Positions 48,936 through 58,060 of a stretch of DNA of 64,000 bases are shown here, one piece after another. This stretch comes from Nitrospirota bacterium (GTDB lineage: Bacteria; Nitrospirota; Thermodesulfovibrionia; UBA6902), in assembly GCA_016208905.1 (NCBI GenBank), contig JACQXG010000039.1, positions 3,439 through 67,438 on the forward strand, in the 5' to 3' direction. Under the pieces are notes generated by a model. The model had not been told where the DNA came from. It did no database searches and worked only from the letters and a program-made list of their open reading frames with translations. Position 1 is the first letter of the stretch. The number at the start of each line of letters is the position of its first letter. The translations under genes and the position numbers were made by a program.

Positions 48936-51404
48936 TTATTTTTTGCTTTTTTTGTTTTTACTATTATCTTTTTTCTTTTTGCCGTTATCGTTATTTTCCG
49001 GCTCTTTTTCACCTTTCAGGGCTTCGGAAAATTCTTTTAGCCTTTTTGCGACAAGGGAATTGAATGTGCCTTCCGGATAAGTCCCGTCGGGCTTCATTTC
49101 TCCGGGGAGCATGCCGGTGAGGATTTCAATGCCGTCCTCGATATTGTCAATGGAATATACGTTGAATTTGCCGTTTTCAACCGCTTCAATAACGTCAGTT
49201 TTTAACATAAGGTGCATCAGGTTCCGCTTAGGAATAATGACGCCATGCTGACCACTGAGATTGTATAGTTTGCAGACCTCATAAAATCCCTCTATCTTTT
49301 CATTAACTCCGCCGATAGGCTGGACTTCACCGTGCTGGTTCATAGAACCGGTAATTGCAAAAGACTGTTTCAGCGGCACTCCTGCTATGCTGCTTAAAAG
49401 GGCATAGATCTCAGCGCAAGTCGCGCTGTCACCCTCTACCCCGCCGTATAACTGCTCGAATGTGAGGGATGCGGTCAGGCTAAGGGACTGCCTCGTGGCA
49501 TATTTCCCGCCGAGATAAGCAGTAAGTATCAGGATCGCCTTTTCATGAATTTTGCCGCTCATCTTTGTTTCCCTCTCAATGTTAACAATACCTGCCTTTC
49601 CCGCATATGTCCTGGCAGTGATCCTTGAAGGCATTCCAAACCTGTAATCTCCGAGATCAAGGACTGAAAGCCCGTTTATCTGACCTATAACGGCCCCTTC
49701 TGTATCAATGAGGATTATTCCCTCCTCAGTCGCTTCGAGTATTTTTTTCTCCACCTTATTACAGCGATATGTTTTCTCTTCAAGGGCTTTATCAACGTCA
49801 TCGGATGTCACAAGGTTGTGTTTATTGTACCGTGCCCAGTGGTCGGCTTCCCTGAGAAGGTCCGCTATATCGCTGAATTTGGCCGACAGCTTACGCTGGT
49901 GTTCGGCAAGTCTTGAACCGTATTCAATAACCTTTGCAACCGCGTCACGGTCAAAAGGACGCAGTCCCCTTTCATCACATTTTGTTTTTACAAAACTTGC
50001 ATACTTGAGCATGTGCTCCGGATTTCTGTCCATACGATTTTCATAATCCGCTTTTACCTTAAACAGCTCCCTGTATTCCTCATCAAGATTATAAAGGAGA
50101 TAATAAAGATGGGGGTTTCCTACCAATATAATTTTTACGTTAAATGGGATTGCCTGGGGCTTAAGCGTGGCTGTTGACAGTAAACGGTACTGTTCCCATA
50201 CATCTTCTATCTTTATTTCTTTGTCTTTTATGGTTCTTTTCAGGGCGTCGTAGGAAAAGATGTTTTTCAGGAGCTCAAGCGCGTCGACAACCAGGTAACC
50301 GCCGTTTGCCTGCTGAAGTGAGCCGGTCTTTATCATAGTGAAATCAGTCATTGCAACACCGTACTGCAGTTTATGTTCAACTCTTCCAAAGAGGTTGTAA
50401 TACGTTGGATTGCTTTCTATAACTACAGGGGCGCCTTTTAAATCGCGGTTATTGACAAAGACGTTTATGGAATATCGGATGAATGAAGGTTCAGTCTTTG
50501 GAGGTTTCATAAAAGGAAGGGTCGGGGCTGCCTGTTCTTCTTGAGGTTTGAAGTCATCAAGATGTTCCAGAATGTCTTCTTTTACCTGTTCAAGGTAATT
50601 TAAAACTTCCGGGTTGTCCATATGCTTACTTTTTATTTCATCGATCCTGTGACCTATAGAAGACAGTGTGGCCTGACGTTCAAGGTCTTTCATCATATCT
50701 TTAATCTTTTTTTCTTCATCTCTTACAACCCTTATAACATCATCGAGTTTTTCCTGCAGCTCCTTCCCTATAGTTTCAATCTTCTTTTTTACCTTTGGAT
50801 CGAGACTCTCATATTCTTCCTCACTTAAAGTTTCACCCGTTGTTTTCACAGGAACAAGAATCAGCCCGCTGACGGTTTTTCTCAACGTAAAATCCTTGTC
50901 CTTTGCCTCTTTTTCAAGGTCGGTGAAATGTTCTTTCTGCTTGTGTTGGAAATCCTCCAGAATTTTAGTGCGCTGTTTTTCATACTCTTTAGATTCAAAA
51001 ATCTTTGGAATTTCCTGCCTGAGGACCGATATCAATTCGTCCATTTCTTTTTGGAACGCAAGCCCTGTTCCGGGATGCAGGCTGATAGCGCGGGGTACGT
51101 CGGTATTTTTGAAATTATATACATAACACCAGTCATCTGGCACAGGCTCACTCTTTGATTTATCTTCCAGGATCGTTTTTATCGTAGTTAATTTGCCGGT
51201 GCCGCTTTCACCGAGAATGTAAATATTGAATCCATGACTGTCAATGTCCAGGCCGAATTTCAGAGCACTCAACGCCCTTTTCTGCCCAATTGTTTCTGTT
51301 AATATGGGGATATCATCGGTTGTTTTAAAGGGTAGATCTTCTGGTTTGCAGCAATAATAAAGTTCTTTTTTATTGACTTTTTGTAACATACACTGACCTC
51401 CCAA
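48936..51404 (-). CDS. Lon-related AAA+ ATP-dependent protease (LonB/Lon-like family, stand-alone)
   Basis: Has Walker A GESGTGKLTT, and a C-terminal S16-like domain with a GDSATCA catalytic Ser region and a downstream Lys. The tail is lysine-rich. The probable start is the Met at about 51389. Confidence 0.7.
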   Translation of the reverse strand: MGGQCMLQKVNKKELYYCCKPEDLPFKTTDDIPILTETIGQKRALSALKFGLDIDSHGFNIYILGESGTGKLTTIKTILEDKSKSEPVPDDWCYVYNFKNTDVPRAISLHPGTGLAFQKEMDELISVLRQEIPKIFESKEYEKQRTKILEDFQHKQKEHFTDLEKEAKDKDFTLRKTVSGLILVPVKTTGETLSEEEYESLDPKVKKKIETIGKELQEKLDDVIRVVRDEEKKIKDMMKDLERQATLSSIGHRIDEIKSKHMDNPEVLNYLEQVKEDILEHLDDFKPQEEQAAPTLPFMKPPKTEPSFIRYSINVFVNNRDLKGAPVVIESNPTYYNLFGRVEHKLQYGVAMTDFTMIKTGSLQQANGGYLVVDALELLKNIFSYDALKRTIKDKEIKIEDVWEQYRLLSTATLKPQAIPFNVKIILVGNPHLYYLLYNLDEEYRELFKVKADYENRMDRNPEHMLKYASFVKTKCDERGLRPFDRDAVAKVIEYGSRLAEHQRKLSAKFSDIADLLREADHWARYNKHNLVTSDDVDKALEEKTYRCNKVEKKILEATEEGIILIDTEGAVIGQINGLSVLDLGDYRFGMPSRITARTYAGKAGIVNIERETKMSGKIHEKAILILTAYLGGKYATRQSLSLTASLTFEQLYGGVEGDSATCAEIYALLSSIAGVPLKQSFAITGSMNQHGEVQPIGGVNEKIEGFYEVCKLYNLSGQHGVIIPKRNLMHLMLKTDVIEAVENGKFNVYSIDNIEDGIEILTGMLPGEMKPDGTYPEGTFNSLVAKRLKEFSEALKGEKEPENNDNGKKKKDNSKNKKSKK

Positions 51405-51622
51405 ATACTCAAGAAGAAAATTTATTTATAGATGTAGTATTCCTTAGTAATGTAATATATCAATAATGGAAATTATTCTGAGTTGATGACATTATAGCTT
51501 TGATACGCTTTGTTGACAAGTATTTTTTTGTGGTAAGAGGGTATAACAATATAATATAAAATAAAAAACTATTACCAGAAAGCTGTTTTGGCTTTTACCC
51601 GTGATATTTTTGCAGACAATTA

Positions 51623-52498
51623 TTAGCTTCGTGGATGATGCTTTTTGTGGATTTTCCTTAGTCTTTCAGGTGTGACTTTTGTATATATTTGAGTTGTTGA
51701 AATATCTGTATGTCCAAGCATTTTCTGAAGCGCTCTAAGGTCTGCGCCGCCGTCTAAAAGGTGGCTCGCAAAACAGTGCCTCAGAGTATGGGGGGATATT
51801 TTTATTGATAATTCATTCGAATATTTTTTAATTAACTGCCACAATCTCTGCCTTGTCATGGGTTTGCCGCCCTTGGCAAGAAACAGGAATTGACAGCTCT
51901 TTCTCTTTAAAAGTTGCAGTCTTGATTCTTCAATATATTTTTTAACTGTTGTCAGCGCGATTTCATTTACAGGCACTACTCGTTCCTTAGACCCTTTACC
52001 TGTTATGGTAATAAATCCTGCTTCAAAATTTATATCACACATTTTTATATTAATAACTTCACTGGCCCGCAAGCCGGATGAATAAATCATTTCAAGAATT
52101 GCCCTGTCCCGCAAAGAGAGATTGTTTCCTTCAGGTTTTTTTAACAATGAGAATATTTCATCTGTTCCGATGATTTTTGGAATGCGTTTCCATCCCTTTG
52201 GTGTAGAGAGGGTTTCAATTGGATCTTCTTTTATTATTCCTTCTGTCAGCATGAATTTGCAGAGACCGCGCAACGTAGCAATATTCCTTGCTAAAGTAGT
52301 GGTCTGATTTCCGGAATTACGAAGATGATTAACAAAGGATACAAGATCACTCTTATTAAAGCTTGTTATATTTTGTCCGCTTTCCTGCAAGAAATTGTTA
52401 AATTTCTGAATATCTCTCCTATATGCCTCTAATGTATTTGCCGAAAGCCCTTTTTCGACAGTCAGGTAATTAAGGAATTTCTCTATAATGTTAATCAT
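51623..52498 (-). CDS. xerD: tyrosine recombinase XerD/XerC family
   Basis: Has ...HTLRHCFASHLL...LGHTDISTTQIYTKV with the catalytic R-H-R-Y. The start is refined to MINIIEKFLNYL. Confidence 0.8.
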   Translation of the reverse strand: MINIIEKFLNYLTVEKGLSANTLEAYRRDIQKFNNFLQESGQNITSFNKSDLVSFVNHLRNSGNQTTTLARNIATLRGLCKFMLTEGIIKEDPIETLSTPKGWKRIPKIIGTDEIFSLLKKPEGNNLSLRDRAILEMIYSSGLRASEVINIKMCDINFEAGFITITGKGSKERVVPVNEIALTTVKKYIEESRLQLLKRKSCQFLFLAKGGKPMTRQRLWQLIKKYSNELSIKISPHTLRHCFASHLLDGGADLRALQKMLGHTDISTTQIYTKVTPERLRKIHKKHHPRS

Positions 52499-52714
52499 TA
52501 GTATCAGGATACATGATAGCGTGAGAGGGAAGCAAATCCAATCGCAAACGGCAAATTCCAACGAATTGAATAACTTTTTTTTTAATTATTTGAAACCATA
52601 ATTATTAAGTATAAAATTTAAAATTTAATATTGATTAATGTCCTATAAATGGTATCTATGGTTTCAATACACCACAAAATGTAGTAAATGTAAAAAAATA
52701 TTATTTTTTCTCTT

Positions 52715-52742
52715 GACAAGTATTAAAAACATAAATATACTC
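52715..52742 (+). promoter_or_regulatory. sigma-70-type promoter of the dcw cluster (TTGACA-16-TATACT)
   Basis: A near-consensus -35/-10 lying about 40 nt upstream of mraZ. Confidence 0.55.
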
Positions 52743-52753
52743 ATTTGTATTGG

Positions 52754-52778
52754 TGGGAGAAAGTGTCATAAAGTGGAG
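52754..52778 (+). promoter_or_regulatory. three direct GTGGG-like repeats spaced 10 nt apart, putative MraZ operator
   Basis: GTGGGagaaaGTGTCataaaGTGGA between the promoter and the mraZ ATG. It resembles the E. coli MraZ box architecture. Confidence 0.5.
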
Positions 52779-52783
52779 GAAAG

Positions 52784-53236
52784 ATGTCGGGATTTGCTGG
52801 AAAGTATTATAACTCTCTAGATCCAAAAGGTCGACTAATAGTACCCGCGCCTTTTCGTGATATCCTCTCCTCCATGAATTCCTCTAAGTTGATTATAACA
52901 AATGATGTGTTTGATAGGTGTCTATGTGCTTATCCAGTTGATGACTGGCAGTCGCTGATAGATAAGGTAAGTCAAAAGCCTCAGACAATTGATGCTGTTA
53001 AATATTTTATGCGCAGGGTAATCGGCTCTGCTGTCGAATGCGATATTGACAAGCAGGGCAGAGTACTTGTCTCTTCAGCGCTCAGGGTAGATGCAGGTCT
53101 CAATAGTGAGGTTGTTCTATTGGGTCTCGGTAATCGAATTGAAATATGGGACAAGAATGAATTTGACGGGGTGGCAGATCCGTCAAAGATAGACAAACAA
53201 TCTTTTAAAGAGGTATTTGCTAATCTTGGTTTGTAA
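52784..53236 (+). CDS. mraZ: transcriptional regulator MraZ
   Basis: LDPKGRLIVP and a second DxxxR repeat. Confidence 0.9.
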   Translation: MSGFAGKYYNSLDPKGRLIVPAPFRDILSSMNSSKLIITNDVFDRCLCAYPVDDWQSLIDKVSQKPQTIDAVKYFMRRVIGSAVECDIDKQGRVLVSSALRVDAGLNSEVVLLGLGNRIEIWDKNEFDGVADPSKIDKQSFKEVFANLGL

Positions 53237-53317
53237 GCTTATTACCAGAAAATGACAGATAAGAATATCACATATTTAGAGACTGATGGTTCAAACATTA
53301 ATTCACTTACCGTGTAA

Positions 53318-54193
53318 ATGGAAATTGTCCATGTCCCGGCAATGCTGGAGGAGGTTCTGGAGGCCTTGAAGATAAAGAGTTCAGGGATATATGTTGACGC
53401 AACTGTCGGATTGGGAGGGCATACTGAAGGCATTATGCAGCGTGCCGGGGAATGCACCTTAATCGGTATCGACAGAGACGATAAGGCAATTGAAATTGCC
53501 CGTGAGCGTCTAAGAGATTATAAAACAGTTCATTTTGTACGGGAAAGTTTTTCAAATATAGGAACTGCTGTCAGGAATCTGGGCTATGACAAGGTAAATG
53601 GGATTATCCTCGATCTTGGAATATCTGCTTTGCATCTGAAATCTGAGGGCAGGGGATTCAGCTTCCTTAAGGATGAACCTCTGGACATGAGAATGGACAG
53701 AAGACAGGCCCTAACCGCTGAAGCAGTGGTAAATAAATATTCTGAAAAGGCCCTTGCCGACATCATATGGCAATACGGAGAGGAGAGATTCAGCAGGAGG
53801 ATAGCAAGAGCAATAATTTATGCCAGACACATAAATCCGATCAGGTCTTGCGGAGACCTTGCCGGAATTATTGAAAAGTCAGTCAGAAGACGGGGACGGA
53901 TACATCCGGCAACCAGAACATTCCAGGCGCTCAGGATCGAGGTAAATAAGGAGCTTGAAGAATTGCCGATAGCCATAGAGACAGGGGCCGAACTGCTTGA
54001 TACAGGCGGCAGATTGTGCATTTTATCCTATCATTCACTCGAAGATCGTATAGTGAAGAATGCTTTTAAAAAACTGGCAGCGGAAGGCATCTTCAACATT
54101 ATCTCAAAAAAACCTTTAGTGCCAGGGCAACAGGAACGAAAATTAAATCCTTCATCAAGGAGCGTAAAACTAAGAGTGGGAGAAAAAATATGA
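53318..54193 (+). CDS. rsmH: 16S rRNA (cytosine1402-N4)-methyltransferase
   Basis: Has HVPAMLEEVLEAL...YVDATVGLGGH. Confidence 0.9.
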   Translation: MEIVHVPAMLEEVLEALKIKSSGIYVDATVGLGGHTEGIMQRAGECTLIGIDRDDKAIEIARERLRDYKTVHFVRESFSNIGTAVRNLGYDKVNGIILDLGISALHLKSEGRGFSFLKDEPLDMRMDRRQALTAEAVVNKYSEKALADIIWQYGEERFSRRIARAIIYARHINPIRSCGDLAGIIEKSVRRRGRIHPATRTFQALRIEVNKELEELPIAIETGAELLDTGGRLCILSYHSLEDRIVKNAFKKLAAEGIFNIISKKPLVPGQQERKLNPSSRSVKLRVGEKI

Positions 54194-54522
54194 CTGGCAG
54201 AAGAATGAGAAATAATAAAAAGAACAGAACTTTTATTAAGTTTGGTTTCTTTCTTTACCTCGGCTTTTCGTTATTTGCCACTGTTTGGCTGAGGGCTGCT
54301 GTTGTCAATCTGGAATACGAACTTGGTAAGATTGACAGGCTAAGGTCAGATTTCCTCAATGAGAGAAAAACGGTTGTTGCGCAAAGGGCAAGTTTTATTT
54401 CAACCGGGAATGTAGAAAGTGTTGCTATAAATAAACTCGGGATGAGCCATGCAGAGAGAGAGAATATATACTTTGTAACAAGGACAGCAGTTGCGGGTCC
54501 CCACAGGGCATCTGTAAAGTAA
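54190..54522 (+). CDS. ftsL: cell division protein FtsL
   Basis: A small single-TM coiled-coil protein lying between rsmH and ftsI. Confidence 0.65.
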   Translation: MTGRRMRNNKKNRTFIKFGFFLYLGFSLFATVWLRAAVVNLEYELGKIDRLRSDFLNERKTVVAQRASFISTGNVESVAINKLGMSHAERENIYFVTRTAVAGPHRASVK

Positions 54523-54636
54523 CGTTCTAACCGGCATTTATAGATGCAATAAGTTGAGTGCAATTTATGAAAATAATTGTTTTCTGGGACGAGGAATAGT
54601 ATCAGTAATCACTAAATAATATCTTTAAGCGAAACA

Positions 54637-56433
54637 ATGAGAAGAAGAATAAAAGAAAGAATTGAAACCAGAAAACTCTGGGACGAAGATCCTGTAAAGA
54701 TACCGCTTCAAAAAAGCAAAAAAAGGGCCATGGTGCTTGTGTCGGTAGTCCTTTTTTGTTTTGCCGCAATCTTTCTGCGTTTAATCAATCTGATGATTCT
54801 TGATCATGGCAAACTGTCGGAAAGGGCCGCGCAGCAGTACAATAAAGAAAAAGTCCTGACCCCTCAGCGTGGCGTGATATGGGACAGAAAGATGAAAGAG
54901 CTTGCCACGAACATCGAAACAAATTCTCTGTACGCAGTCCCTTCCCAAATAGAAAATATACGCACCCTGTCTTCGGAGATTGCGCCTATAATAAAGGTCT
55001 CCACAGGAGAGCTTGACGGTATGTTGTCTAAGAAGAAGAAAAAGTCCTTTGCGTGGGTTGCAAGGAGAATGGATTCGGACACAAGCCGAAAATTGGGCGA
55101 ACTGAAGGAGTATATCCAGGACGGCGAGATAGGTTTTGTGACTGAGCCGAAGCGCTGTTATCCGAAAGGGCAGATAGCATCGCATATTTTGGGTTTTTCA
55201 AATATCGATGATCACGGCATTGCCGGCCTTGAGCTTGTCTACAATGAGTACTTGAAAGGCGAGGTCAAAAGTGTCTCTGTCGGGGTCGACGCCCGCGGGA
55301 GGAGTATTGCCGGCGATATTAAAGAAGCTATGCCCGGCAATAATATCATTCTCACTATTGACGAGGGAATTCAGCATATTGTCGAGAGAGAGTTAACAAC
55401 TGCAATGGAGGAGTGGCAGGCGAAGGCCGCCGTAGCAATAATGATGGACCCCGCGACAGGTGAAATCCTTGCCCTTGCTAACAGGCCGACATACGATCCT
55501 AATATCCCGGCAGCGGCCGGAGCAGACGAAAAGAGAAACAGGGCGATTACCGATATCTATGAGCCGGGCTCTACCATGAAGTCGATCCTCGCATCTGCGG
55601 CGCTGGAAGAAAAGGCGGTCAGCCTGAGAGATATGTTTGATGCGTCGAGAGGCGCCATCACAGTAGGCGGGAAGACAATCCATGACGTTCACAGACACGG
55701 AGTGCTCAGCTTTCAGGAGGTCATTCAAAAATCTTCAAACGTCGGCGCGGTCAAGATCGGACAGAGGCTCGGTTCGGCGAAATATTATGAGTATATAAAG
55801 AAATTCGGCTTTGGAGATAAGACCGGCATCGATTTCCCCGGCGAAGTGAGAGGCATTGCAAGAAATGTTAAGAGCTGGTCGGGTACTTCACTTGCCGCCA
55901 TGTCAATAGGACAGGAAATTGGCATGACGCCACTACAGATGGTGAGGGCGTATTCAGCAATAGCAAACGGGGGCTTATTAATGAAACCCTATATAGTGTC
56001 TGATATAATTTCTCCTTCCGGCAAAGTTATTAAAAAGAATGTCCCTACTGAAGAAAGGCGGGTAATCTCCAAAGACACTTCCGATAGAATAAAAGACATA
56101 CTAAAAACAGTTGTTGAGGAAGGAGGGACTGCGCGGAAGGCAAGCATAAAAGGTAATCTGGTTGCAGGGAAGACCGGTACGGCACAGATATTCGATCCTA
56201 AGTCCGGCCGTTACTCCAGGGATAAATTTGTAAGTTCTTTTGTCGGCTTTGTTCCGGCAGATAATCCCAGGTTAGCGCTGATAGTAGTTGTTTTCGAGCC
56301 GAAGGGGGCCTCATATGGCGGGGTAGTCGCTGCCCCTGTGTTTAAAAACATTATCGAAAATACGCTCGTATATCTTGATGTTCCAATGGAAAAAGATGAA
56401 AACCGGATTGTGCTTGTCAGCACAAAGCAGTAG
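54637..56433 (+). CDS. ftsI: peptidoglycan D,D-transpeptidase FtsI (PBP3)
   Basis: Has STMK, SSN and KTGT motifs. Confidence 0.9.
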   Translation: MRRRIKERIETRKLWDEDPVKIPLQKSKKRAMVLVSVVLFCFAAIFLRLINLMILDHGKLSERAAQQYNKEKVLTPQRGVIWDRKMKELATNIETNSLYAVPSQIENIRTLSSEIAPIIKVSTGELDGMLSKKKKKSFAWVARRMDSDTSRKLGELKEYIQDGEIGFVTEPKRCYPKGQIASHILGFSNIDDHGIAGLELVYNEYLKGEVKSVSVGVDARGRSIAGDIKEAMPGNNIILTIDEGIQHIVERELTTAMEEWQAKAAVAIMMDPATGEILALANRPTYDPNIPAAAGADEKRNRAITDIYEPGSTMKSILASAALEEKAVSLRDMFDASRGAITVGGKTIHDVHRHGVLSFQEVIQKSSNVGAVKIGQRLGSAKYYEYIKKFGFGDKTGIDFPGEVRGIARNVKSWSGTSLAAMSIGQEIGMTPLQMVRAYSAIANGGLLMKPYIVSDIISPSGKVIKKNVPTEERRVISKDTSDRIKDILKTVVEEGGTARKASIKGNLVAGKTGTAQIFDPKSGRYSRDKFVSSFVGFVPADNPRLALIVVVFEPKGASYGGVVAAPVFKNIIENTLVYLDVPMEKDENRIVLVSTKQ

Positions 56434-56515
56434 TCATTAAGCTGGGACTAAAAAGACAGAGGCTTCGGGAAAAAGTAATAACTGACTTTGGAAATGGATT
56501 TCGTTAATCTGATAA

Positions 56516-58039
56516 ATGGTCGATTCAAAACTTTTAGAGGGTCTGAAGATAATATTCAAACACGGCCCCCGGGACAAGGAGATAAAAGGCATTGCCTATG
56601 ATTCCAGATTAGTCAAAAAAGATTTTCTTTTCGTGGCCGTCAGAGGATTTGCTGTAAACGGCCATGATTATATAAAGGATGCAGTAAACAGGGGGGCTAC
56701 CGTGGTAGTCGCAGAGCATCCGGTAAAAAAAACAGATTTAAGACAGTTTGGTATAGAAGAGGAACCCACATTTGTCTGCGTTCCCGACAGCAGGGAAGCG
56801 CTGGCCCTCATATCTGCTGCTTTTTACGGACATCCTTCTGATAGTTTGTCATTGATAGGAATTACAGGGACAAATGGAAAAACGACCACGAGTTTTATTA
56901 CGAAAAGTATAATCGACAGCGGAGGGGAAAATGCTGGTCTGTTGGGAACAATTTGTTATATGACAGGAGACAGGACTACGAATGCATTTAATACAACTCC
57001 GGAGTCATTAGACCTGCAAAGATATTTAAGCGAAATGACGGACAATAAACTGGAATATGCCGTTATGGAAGTTTCTTCACATGCGCTGGCACTCAAAAGA
57101 GTCCAGGGATGTTCTTTTAAGGTGGCTGCCTTTACAAACTTTACCCAGGACCATCTTGATTTTCACGGCACAATGGATGAGTACTTTAAGGCCAAGAGCA
57201 GGCTTTTCAATTATCTCGACGCAGACGGAACTGCTGTCTTAAACCGGGATGATAAAAGGGTAAGGACTATGGCCAGAAAACTGAATTGTAATGTAATAAC
57301 ATTTGGCATTGAAGAAGGGGCCATGATAAGGGCGGAGAATATAAGAGAGTCAGGGGCAAGGGGCAAGGGGCAAGGGGCGAGGGAAGGCGCATTTGGTATG
57401 TCATTTGACGTCAAAACACCAGAAGGAGGATTTGAAATCAATTCATCTTTTATCGGGCGTTTTAATGTCTTCAACATTCTTACATCTATCGGGATAGCGA
57501 ATGCACTGGGCTTTAATGAAGATATAATCCGGCAAGGAATAAAGGACGCGAAACCTGTTGACGGGCGGTTTGAAAACATTGACGAGGGGCAGAATTTCTT
57601 ATGCATTGTTGATTATGCCCATACGGAGGACGCGCTAACAAAGCTCATTGAAGAGGCAAGGGCCATAACGGGAAAGAGGATTATTACGGTCTTCGGATGC
57701 GGCGGCGACAGGGACAGGAGCAAAAGGCCGATAATGGGCGCCGTAGCCACGGAGTTGAGCGATATGGTTGTGATTACCTCGGACAACCCGCGCACAGAAG
57801 ATCCTGACGAGATTATAAGGGACATCGTAAAGGGAGTTAAAAAAAATAATTATACCGTACAACCCGGCAGGGAGGACGCCATTAAGGAAGCGATAGCAAT
57901 GGCAAGAGAAGGAGACACGGTGCTGATCGCGGGAAAAGGGCATGAGAACTATCAGGAGATTAAAGGGGTGAGGCATCACTTCAGTGATAAGGAGATATTA
58001 AAGAAGGAAATAAAGAAGCGATTAGCGGTAAGCGGATAG
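56516..58039 (+). CDS. murE: UDP-N-acetylmuramoyl-L-alanyl-D-glutamate--2,6-diaminopimelate ligase
   Basis: Has GITGTNGKTT, and DNPR indicating meso-DAP specificity. It carries an in-frame heptamer array at 57354-57388. Confidence 0.9.
   Translation: MVDSKLLEGLKIIFKHGPRDKEIKGIAYDSRLVKKDFLFVAVRGFAVNGHDYIKDAVNRGATVVVAEHPVKKTDLRQFGIEEEPTFVCVPDSREALALISAAFYGHPSDSLSLIGITGTNGKTTTSFITKSIIDSGGENAGLLGTICYMTGDRTTNAFNTTPESLDLQRYLSEMTDNKLEYAVMEVSSHALALKRVQGCSFKVAAFTNFTQDHLDFHGTMDEYFKAKSRLFNYLDADGTAVLNRDDKRVRTMARKLNCNVITFGIEEGAMIRAENIRESGARGKGQGAREGAFGMSFDVKTPEGGFEINSSFIGRFNVFNILTSIGIANALGFNEDIIRQGIKDAKPVDGRFENIDEGQNFLCIVDYAHTEDALTKLIEEARAITGKRIITVFGCGGDRDRSKRPIMGAVATELSDMVVITSDNPRTEDPDEIIRDIVKGVKKNNYTVQPGREDAIKEAIAMAREGDTVLIAGKGHENYQEIKGVRHHFSDKEILKKEIKKRLAVSG
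57354..57388 (+). repeat. in-frame heptanucleotide tandem array (ggggcaa x3-4) inside murE
   Basis: ggggcaaggggcaaggggcaaggggcgagggaagg encodes GARGKGQGAREG. Confidence 0.8.
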
Positions 58040-58060
58040 TCTATAGCCGCTCTTTTCTAA

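Noticed and set aside
48806-49012. 68-aa ORF overlapping the 3' end of the Lon-like protease gene
   Set aside because: It overlaps a confident CDS and has an Lys-rich sequence with no independent support. It is likely spurious.
48936-51404. Lon-like protease as BrxL of a BREX system
   Set aside because: No brxA/B/C, pglX or pglZ genes are in the neighbourhood, so a defence assignment is not supported from this window.
51623-52561. Tyrosine recombinase as a marker of an integrated mobile element
   Set aside because: There are no flanking direct repeats, tRNA target, phage or plasmid genes. The sequence and its position next to the dcw cluster fit chromosomal XerD/XerC.
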